Positions 50,681-58,821 of a stretch of DNA of 64,000 nt are shown here, in pieces. The notes beneath the pieces were generated by a model. It ran no database searches. It had not been told where the DNA came from and saw only the letters and a program-made list of their open reading frames with translations. The stretch's first letter is position 1; each line of letters opens with the position of its first letter. The stretch spans positions 30,752,001 to 30,816,000 of the forward strand of contig OZ024742.1 of the NCBI GenBank assembly GCA_964016885.1, in the 5' to 3' direction. The position numbers and the translations under genes are program-made. The stretch comes from Eledone cirrhosa. Lineage: Eukaryota.

Positions 50681-51566
50681 ACTTGGTGTGGTCTCTCTCA
50701 GTCCTAACTTGGTATTGTCTCTCTCACTCCTAAGTTGGTGTGGTCTCTCTCAGTCCTAACTTGGTGTAGTCTCTCTCAGTCGTAACTTGGTGTGGTCTCT
50801 CTAAGTCCTAACTTGGTGTAGTTTCTCTCAGTCCTAACATGGTGTAGTCTCTCTCAGTCTTAACTTGGTGTAGTCTCTCTCTGTCTTAAGTTGGTGTGGT
50901 CTCTCCCAGTCCTAAGTTGGTGTGGTCTCTCTCAGTCCTAACTTGGTGTGGTCTCTCTCAGTCCTAAGTTGGTGTAGTCTCTCTCAGTCCTAAGTTGGTG
51001 TGGTCTCTCTCAGTCCTTACTTGGTGTAGTCTCTCTCAGTCCTAACTTGGTGTGGTCTCCCTCAGTCCTAAGTTGGTGTGGTCTTTCTCAGTCCTAAGTT
51101 GGTTGGGTCTCTCTCAGTCCTAACTTGGTGTGGTCTCTCTCAGTCCTAAGTTGGTGTAGTCTCTCTCAGTCCTAACTTGGTGTGGTCTCTCTCAGTCCTA
51201 ACTTGTTGTGGTCTCTCTCAGTCCTAAGTTCGTGCTGTCTCTCTCTCAGTCCCAACTTGGTGTGGTCTCTCTCAGTCCTAACTTGGTGTAGTCTCTCTCA
51301 GTCCTAACTTGGTGTGGTCTCTCTCAGTCCTTACTTGGTGTAGTCTCTCTCAGTCTTAACTTGGTGTGGTCTCTCTCAGTCCTAATTTGGTGTAGTCTCT
51401 CTCAGTCCTAACTTGGTGTAATCTCTCCCAGTCCTAACTTGGTGTAGTCTCTCTCAGTCCTAACTTTCTGTAGTCTCCCTCAGTCTTAACTTTATACCCC
51501 ACCATAACTTCTCTAATGGTAACTTGGTGTGGGCTCTCTCAGTCCTAACTTTATATCCCACCAAAT

Positions 51567-51595
51567 CTAACTTGATGTTTAGTCCTTCTCTACAG
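51567..51595 (+). promoter_or_regulatory. Candidate 3' splice acceptor at array terminus
   Basis: CTAAC (51567-51571; branch A at -26), pyrimidine tract TCCTTCTCT, then ACAG. Motif match only; no transcript evidence. Confidence 0.3.
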
Positions 51596-51639
51596 ATAAC
51601 CTGGAGCATCCAACTTCCTAGCCAGGCTTTATTGCCCAG

Positions 51640-51907
51640 CAGGGCTGGATTTAGATCTTGAGGGTCCGCAGGGCATTTTAGGTTTGGCGGCGCCCTCATA
51701 TACATAAAATTAGAATATATAGCAAAACCCCACAATTTTACATATCGAAATCAGCTTGATGCAAATAATTGGAATTGAAAACTTATACAGGTATTAAAAC
51801 TAAAAAACCCAGCTAAGGGCACAAATAAATTGCTATGGCTGTTGTTGTTGGTTCTCCCTCCCACTGCAGGTAGCCCAGGACAATTGCTGCCATTAAATCC
51901 AGCCCTG
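51640..51907. mobile_element. 268-bp non-autonomous DNA transposon (MITE), hAT-like termini
   Basis: Perfect 14-bp TIR CAGGGCTGGATTTA (51640-51653) / TAAATCCAGCCCTG (51894-51907). Flanks CCCAG / CCCAT suggest a short TSD. No coding capacity. Confidence 0.8.
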
Positions 51908-52111
51908 CCCATGAGGCGGGATGGTTGTTACAGCAAGTGTCCCTGACCATTCTCTGTGGTAACACCTTTGCTATTTTCTCATCAGGACATGGCTGAGGCA
52001 GTGCTCTGACTGTAGTGTCTGAACCTCTCCTTTTCTTTCATTGCTTCATCGTTTTTTCCCCTTTTTTTTTTCCATTTTCTTTTTTCTTTCTCCCATTTTT
52101 GTTCCCTTCAA

Positions 52112-52309
52112 CTCTTAAGTATTTAAACCGGCCATATCTGGCCAGAATTCTCTCACCCCTTTCTGTTCAAACCAGCCGCTCATACGGACGTTAAGGTATT
52201 GTTCTCAAAATAAATAATATTAAAATTTCATAGATTTGATATTATGTGAGGTAAAGCCTTTACCATGAAAATACAATAGTAAATATAGAGTAATGTAAAT
52301 GCTAAAGGG
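52112..52309. mobile_element. ~200-bp piggyBac-like MITE (TTAA target)
   Basis: Right end TAAATGCTAAAGGG followed by TTAA. Left end TCAA-CTCTTAAGTATTTA matches the inverted CCCTTTAGCATTTA at 11/14. Confidence 0.65.
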
Positions 52310-52713
52310 TTAATATTTTAGTGTGTCTTGTTTTAATTAAATATTGCTCAATTAATTTTTTTTTAATATATAAGAACAGACATATATTTGAAAACGTGGT
52401 GATTTAAAGGAACACTTGTTTTGTGGTTGTAATGATGTAATTTTATTTATGTTTATATATGTGTGTCAGCCATCAGAGACTACGAGAGTGAAAGACCTAA
52501 GACCCAGCAGTAGCTGCTTTAATTAGATGTTTGTAAAACGACTTTAATTAGACGTTTTAATGTCATGTTGTACATGACTTTGATTGGGGTTGACAAGTAT
52601 AATACTGTTTGTTACCTTGATATCAGTCTAAATACCTGCTAAATACTAACTGGGGAGGTATTCAGTGTCTAAACTCTGCCCTTTACACAATGATGGCTTT
52701 CTATACATATTAT

Positions 52714-53017
52714 ACAACAACAACAACAGCAACAACAACAACAGCAACAACAACGACAATGATGACCACAGCAACCACCACCACCACCACAACAACAACA
52801 ACAACAACAACAACAGCAGCACCAGCAGCAGCAGTAACAACAACAACGACAACAACAACAACAGCAGCGACAACAACAACCGCAACAACAGCAGCACCAG
52901 CAGCAGCAGTAACAACAACAACAACAACAACAACAACAGCAGCGACAGCAACAACAACCGCAACAACAACAACCACAACAACGACAATAACAACAATAAC
53001 AACCACTAACACCACAA
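52714..53017. repeat. Compound trinucleotide microsatellite (AAC/AGC/ACC)n
   Basis: Direct reading; source of the poly-N/T/L/V spurious ORFs. Confidence 0.97.
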
Positions 53018-53163
53018 GATTATGTAATAAAATTTAAGTAAAATCAGCTTATTTTTCTTCTACAAATATCAAATAAGCCAAAAAAACAACAAATGCATTG
53101 ACTATATTTATTAAAGAAAACATAAATTCTTCAAAATTACTGGTTTCAGTAGCAAAAATTACA

Positions 53164-53178
53164 GTATATATTATATAT

Positions 53179-53243
<65 letters not shown>

Positions 53244-53271
53244 CGTGTATGTGTATATATGTACATATATG

Positions 53272-53307
<36 letters not shown>

Positions 53308-53325
53308 CTCATATATATATTTATA
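53164..53325. repeat. Compound (TA)n(TG)n(TA)n microsatellite
   Basis: Direct reading. Confidence 0.97.
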
Positions 53326-53701
53326 TGTTTTTTCCCACAAATTACCACCACATGGTGATCACTCAAGCTTTTCATCCTGACCTATTTTGTTTTCCTCAAT
53401 AGGTTTTCTCAATCTTAAGTTCTAATTAACGACTATCTTGCCAAACCAAAACTGCCGCCAGCCCAATAACTCCAATAACTCAGCTCTTTCAAAGTATACT
53501 ACAGCCATGCACCAAATACTCTAGTAATATCTTTCACAAGTTTCTTTCATGCATCAGAGGTTTTACATTATATAAACACCATACCACGTAGCTTTGTACC
53601 TCTCTCCACATTTCATAGCCACAATCATTAAGTCAACTTTCCTTCTCTCTTTCCATTTTCAGTTGCAGATCATGAGTTAGTAGCAAATTTGCTATTATTT
53701 G

Positions 53702-53830
53702 TAAATAGTCGTTAAGACTATCATCTAGTCTTTTATCCATTTGTTACAGTCCTTTGTGCATTATCTTTAAATAGTCGTTAGGACTATCCTCTTGTCCTTT
53801 GTCCATCTGTAACTATCCCTTGTACACTGA
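53702..53830. repeat. Diverged 66-bp tandem duplication (2 copies)
   Basis: AAATAGTCGTTA(A/G)GACTATC... begins at 53703 and 53769, with similar downstream sequence. Confidence 0.8.
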
Positions 53831-53949
53831 AGCCAATTGTATCGACCTTAAAGCACCAAAACAACATATCTCTAGCAGTTGACTGATGAGTTGGGACTAC
53901 TGCCTGTATTCCTTCATTTTCCTGTCTTCACCCATAATTTTTATTCATG

Positions 53950-54128
53950 GATTGGCAGTATCGCTAGAGGGTCGGACGCCATGCTTTCCAGCATAGTTAC
54001 GTCGCTTTACGATCTGAGTTCAAATCCCGCCAAGGTTGATTTTGCCTTTCATCCTTACGGGGTCGATAAAATAAAGTACCAGTAATGCACTGGGTAATTG
54101 CTGGCCTTGTGCCTAAAGTAGAAAAAAT
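53950..54128 (+). mobile_element. tRNA-derived SINE
   Basis: A-box-like TGGCAGTATCG (53953), B-box GTTCAAATCC (54018-54027), central block GCCTTTCATCCTTACGGGGTCGATAAAATAAAGTACCAG typical of metazoan SINE bodies. Ends in an A/TA tail. Confidence 0.8.
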
Positions 54129-54152
54129 TATATATATATATCATCATCATCA

Positions 54153-54810
54153 CAGACACATTTTTCAAATGCAAGAAGGTGCTATAGAAGTGGTGGATAG
54201 CTTCCGGTACCTAGGAGATCAGATTAGCATGGGAGGAGGGTGTTCCGAGGCCATAGTATCTAGAATAAGGAGGGGTTGGAAGAAGTTTAGGGAGCTGCTT
54301 CCTCTGTTGACAAAGAAGGGTTTCTCCCTGCATACGAAAGGCCAGTTGTATGATGCCTGTGTGAGGAGCGCGATGCTGCATGGTAGTGAGACATGGGCAG
54401 CAACTACAGAGGATATGCGACGGCTGGAGAGAAATGAGGCAAGCATGCTCCATTGGATGTGCAGTGTAAATGTTCGTGAACGACCCAGCATAAATGTGTT
54501 GAGAGAGAAACTGTGTCTGAGAGGGATAGAATGTAGTGTACGGGAGAGGAGACTGAGGTGGTATGGACATGTGATGCACATGGAGGATGACCGATGGGTG
54601 AAGAAGTGCCAGGAATTGCCAGTTGAAGGAAGATGTGGTAGAGGTAGACCACGAAAAACATGGGCGGAGGTGGTGAGAACAGACCTCAGATCATTGAAGC
54701 TCACAGTGGAGATGACAAGGGACCGTGACGAGTGGAGAGATGCTGTGCTGAATAAGACCCGTCCCACCCTTGCAAGCAGGGAAAAGCGGACGTAAAATGA
54801 TGATGATGAT
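54153..54810 (+). mobile_element. 5'-truncated RTE-clade LINE (copy A), nested in the (CAT)n tail of copy B1
   Basis: Encodes ...IEVVDSFRYLGD...RRLRWYGHV...GRGRPRKTW..., with stop at 54793-54795 followed directly by a (TGA)n tail. Flanked by CATCAT repeats on both sides. Confidence 0.92.
54168..54795 (+). CDS. C-terminal fragment of RTE LINE reverse-transcriptase ORF
   Basis: Open frame with FRYLG (RT motif 7), LYDACVRSAMLHGSETW and RLRWYGH motifs. The ORF-track start at 54085 is a chimeric read-through from the SINE and microsatellite. Confidence 0.8.
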
Positions 54811-55191
54811 CATCATCATCATCGTTTAACGTCCATCTTCCATGCTAGCATGGGTTAGACAGGAGTTGTCCCAATTTGAGGCAAGGTTGGTCGGGTGACC
54901 ATGTCTCGCTCGTATAGGACTATCTGGCAGGTTTTCTACGGCTGGATGCCCTTCCTAACACCAACCATATTTACAGTGTGGACTGGGAACTTTTTACCGG
55001 GTTACCTACACGGCCACATTACAGCATGGTGTGTTTTTTTGTCGTAACACCTACACGATCTTGATCTCGATCTCATTAATTTGGACTGGATGTTGTGGTA
55101 CCAACTTTACAGAGAAAGGGTGGTGTTGGTGGGAGTGGGGGAATGGAATAGGTGTAGTGGATTGGGGTGTATATTTTAGGTTAGGAGGTGC

Positions 55192-58052
55192 CTACTGACT
55201 GAAGGTTTCACTTTGTACATAGGCAAGGCGGGTCTTCTGTATTACTGCGTAGCGCCAAAGATCTCGGTCCAGTGACATTGTCTTAGAGAGGTGCAAGTGT
55301 GTGAGGTCGGAATTTATCAAATCGTCCCAGGTTTTACTGGGTCTACCTACCCCGTAACTTCCATCAATTTTGATCACCCTGCACTTTTTTATACAGCTGT
55401 CGTCTTTCATGCGCATCACGTGACCATACCAACGTAGTCTTCTCGAGTAAACAGCATCTGATCCCTCTTATTCCTAATTTCTCACTTAGTTCATTTATGC
55501 TTTGCCGTTCGCGTATATTACTATTACACATCCAATGGAGCATGGATGTTTCGTTCCTCTCCAGTCTGCGCAGATCCTCTGCACTCAAAGCCCATGTCTA
55601 ACTGCCATGTAACATTGCTGTTCGTATACAGGCATCATACAATCTGCCTTTCATTTTTAGAGAGAAACCTTTTGTGGCCAACAGCGGTATAAGATCTCTG
55701 AACTTTTTCCAACCCATTCTGACTCTGTCTACTGTACTTTCAGAACACCCTCCACCACTGCTGATTTTGTCACCCATTTCTATAGAACCATCTGGGCAAT
55801 AGAAGGAGCTAGTATCCTGTGGGCACTTGCTACTTAGGTGGTACTTTTACCTGACACAAACCCAAACTGCATTTCATCTAGATCAATTTGTTCTCTGATT
55901 AGTTGCACCTTTTTGATCTCCATGTGTCTAACACACGTGGACATGCCTACAAAATCAGAAAACAGCACAGCTCTCATGACTTTCGAAAACATTTTTTCAC
56001 GCTCAGAGTTGCTAAAGCATGGAACAAACTGCCTGCGTCAGTTGTTAGCTGCCGAGACACTGCATCCTTTAAAACCCTCATGCTTCCCGAAATACGCCAA
56101 AACTACACCTGATGTACCCCTTCCATACACATGCACACGTGTATATCATGACTCATGCACTGTTCATTTTCCTGACGTTTGTACATTACCCTATGTACTA
56201 TACATACACCTTTTGATCAGTTGTAGTACACCTGGGCACTGCACACAATATTTCATTATTATTATTATTATTATAACTCTTTCTGTGACCTTCACGACCT
56301 TGTCAACCAATTTAATGCCTCTATAGTTTCCCCTATCTAGGGAATCTCCTTTACCCTTGTAGCAGTTAATGATGATGCTGCTACGCCAGTCATTTGGTAT
56401 AACCCCATTCTGTATGACTTGGTTTACTATCTGGGTGACCATTCCAGATACTTTCAGCATTTCAGCAACTATCTCCGAAGGCCCAGCTGCCTTGCCTGTC
56501 TTCATATCTTTGATTGCCTTACTTATTATACAACCATTAACTTGCACTGCTGGTCCCCCTGTTGGATCGATTTGGGACAGACTATCTTTTTCCCATTTAA
56601 TCTCCTCATTTAGTAGTCTCTCGTAGTGACACTTCCAAGCTACCTTCTTATCAGCATCAGTGATGGCAAGTACACCATTATCATTATGGACACACTTCTC
56701 CCCGACAATATCACAGTTTTCCTTGATACATTGTCTTGCAATCCTGAACATCTCACGTTTTTGGTCCTCACATTGTAGAACATGTTTGAACTTTCTTTCC
56801 TCTGCTTCCCTTCTTGCAAGTACACTTGTCTCCTAGCTTCTCTCCTGGCCACTTGATAGTGTTCTCTACTTCCCCCATACTTTCCAAGCCTGCTTTTTGG
56901 CCTTGATTGACTCCTCCACCTTACTGTTCCACCACCAAGTTACTCTCCTCCTGCCTATAGGTCTGCTCCAGCCACAGATTTCATCTGTTGCTTTCAGCAG
57001 GTTAACTTTCAGGAATTCCCACTGTTCCTCTATATTGGATGTCTCTAATTGCTCTTCCTTACTGTCAAAAGCATCAAGTAATATGCAATTTGTTACTGGC
57101 TGTGAGGTCCTTTAACTTCCATATTCTTCTCCTCAGGGTAGTCCTCCTCTGTTGTCGAGTACGTCTAGTCCTGACTATGAGGTCACTAACTATGAGGCTA
57201 TGTTGGGAGGTGCATTATTCACGGGGGAGGGATTTAGTGTTTACAACAGACACTCTATCACGTCTTCTGGTAAGGATATAATCTATATGACTGGCGTGTT
57301 CCCCTGATCTATTGGTGATCAAGTGATTGTCTCGTTTTTTGAAGTTAGGTTATTAGCGTCACAGAATTCCAGGATTCTGAAGCCTTCCTCATTTCTAGTA
57401 CCAAACCCATAGCCTTCATGGATTCCATCATAGCTGTCACAATGTTGTCCAACATGACAATTTAGGTCGCCAGCAATAATTATGGAGTCACTGTTGGTTA
57501 TTTGGGAGGTAGTGAGTATAAGCGACTCATAGAATCTGTCTTTTATAATGCCAGGTAGGCCAGATTGGGGTGCATAAGTGGATATTATTGTCACAGTAGT
57601 TCTGTTTAGTTCTAGTCTTATTTTAATTATTCTGCCGTTCCCTCTATTTACGTCAATCACCTTATCTACCCATTTTTCGGCTAACATGATTCCTACTCCA
57701 CCCAGCCCATCGTCATTTCCCACCCAGAAAAGTTTATAGCATCGTTTTTTACCCACAATGAATCTAGCAGTCACCACCTAGTCTCTTGAACACAACAAAC
57801 ATCAACTTCCTTACGTTCAAGCATCTCTACAACCTCATTTGAGCAACCTTTTAAGGTGCTTACATTCATGGTACCAACTCTGAAGTTTTGGATTTCGTCG
57901 GGTGGGTGGAAGGGATGGGCTGGAGGTGCAGGGAGGGGTGAGGGAGATGGGGTTATGTTAGCCATCCGTGTCTGAAATAAAGAGGAGTCCTTGCATTCTC
58001 GTCCGGCAACAGGAGGTAAATTTATCTTTATCTTTATCTTTGACATTGACAT
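55192..58052 (-). pseudogene. Disrupted APE-RT ORF of RTE copy B1
   Basis: ORF fragments 57771-58052, 57319-57777, 56640-56852, 56191-56751, 55364-55588 and 55192-55419 are collinear pieces of one APE-RT protein. The QG and YADD motifs are missing. Confidence 0.88.
55905..56274 (+). mobile_element. 3' fragment of CR1-clade LINE inserted in B1
   Basis: NTRGHAYK...RKHFFTLRVAKAWNKLP motif typical of the CR1 ORF2 C-terminus, stop at 56112, 3' UTR, and (ATT)n tail at 56255-56272. Confidence 0.88.
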
Positions 58053-58454
58053 TGAGTGTTCACATTCTTCAGACTCTCCAAATCCTGTAGTCCATCTAGC
58101 ATATCGAAAAGCAACCCGGTCTAAACTTAAGGAGTAATAGCAGAGGCGGTGGTTTTGTGAAAGAGATTGGTAAGAGAGACATATTATAAGCCGCAGAATT
58201 ATGATTGGACCAAGTAGTAATGGTGGCGTGTGGGGGTGGGGGGAGGGAAATGGGAAAGTTAACGAGCAGATTAATTTTTCTAAGGTCCTACAGATTCGAC
58301 CATAAATATAAGAAGTTAAACGAGAAGGTAAATGGACCTAGAATGTTGGAGAGACAAGAAAATGAAGTGAAAATACATTACATTTCTCAACATGACCATT
58401 CAGCAAGAGTAAGGCTTCGACGCAATATATATATATATATACATTTAAAAATAA

Positions 58455-58804
58455 GCGTGAAATCGCATCGTTTAGTGGTTAAAGCGTTGAGCTTGCAATT
58501 GCAAGGTTGTGTGTTCGATTCTCGGACTGGGTGATGCGTTGTGTCCTCGAGCAAGACATTTTACTTCATGTTCCAGTTTATTCAGATATAGAAATGAGTT
58601 GTGACGTCGCTGGTGTCAAGCTGTATCGGCCTTTACCTTTCCCTTGGACATCATCGATGGTATGGAAAGGGAAGGCTGGTGTGCATAGGCGACTGCTGGT
58701 CTTCTACAAACAACCTTGCTCAGATTTGTGCCTCGGAGGGGAACTTTCTAGGTGCAAATCCCATGGTCATTTGTGATCAAAGGGTACCTTTACCCTTCAC
58801 CCTT
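58455..58804 (+). mobile_element. tRNA-derived SINE with CORE/V-like central domain
   Basis: A box TCGTTTAGTGG (58468), B box GTTCGATTC (58513), TGTGTCCTCGAGCAAGACATT block, and a CCTTTA-like repeat tail running into (TA)n. Homologous to the SINEs at 63,652-64,000. Confidence 0.82.
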
Positions 58805-58821
58805 TATATATATATATATAT

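Larger units (their letters stand above)
1..51480. repeat. 26-bp tandem satellite array, ~1,975 monomers, truncated by left window edge
   Basis: Consensus CAGTCCTAASTTGGTGTRGTCTCTCT repeats head-to-tail with no insertion. A 28-bp variant (AAGTTCGTGCTGTCTCTCTCTCAG) recurs, with rare 24/25-bp units. Copies degenerate at ~51,460-51,595. Confidence 0.99.
54811..58425 (-). mobile_element. Near full-length degenerate RTE-clade LINE (copy B1)
   Basis: Probable 5' UTR ~58,425-58,050. APE endonuclease motifs (VGTMNV, CVQETRW, GVGIM, STYAPQ, AGDLN), RT N-terminus (KAAGPS, YKGKGD, NYRGIKL, MQFGF), C-terminal domain, 3' UTR and (GAT)n tail. Frameshifts, RT-core deletion and a CR1 insertion. The 5' boundary is approximate. 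Confidence 0.9.

Noticed and set aside
1-51480. CRISPR array
   Set aside because: The 26-bp units are contiguous with no unique spacers, there are no cas genes, and the context is eukaryotic.
1-51480. Long yeast-type telomerase repeat (resembles the Candida GTCTAACTTCTTGGTGT core)
   Set aside because: The flank is metazoan TE DNA, and the variant order is copied in multi-kb blocks, which indicates recombination rather than telomerase synthesis.
1-51480. Recursive-splicing (AG|GT) sites in the monomer
   Set aside because: CAG is followed by TCC, not GT, and there is no GTRAG donor consensus.
51460-51735. 91-aa minus-strand ORF
   Set aside because: It spans the MITE, unique DNA and satellite edge, with no recognisable domain.
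52646-53375. Poly-N/T/L/V and YI/HT ORFs
   Set aside because: Translations of microsatellites.
53770-53790. 9-bp match (AGTCCTAAC, reverse strand) to the satellite monomer
   Set aside because: Too short to distinguish from chance.
58464-58535. Genuine tRNA genes at the SINE heads (also 53950, 63730, 63860)
   Set aside because: A/B boxes are present, but there is no clean cloverleaf and each continues into a SINE body.
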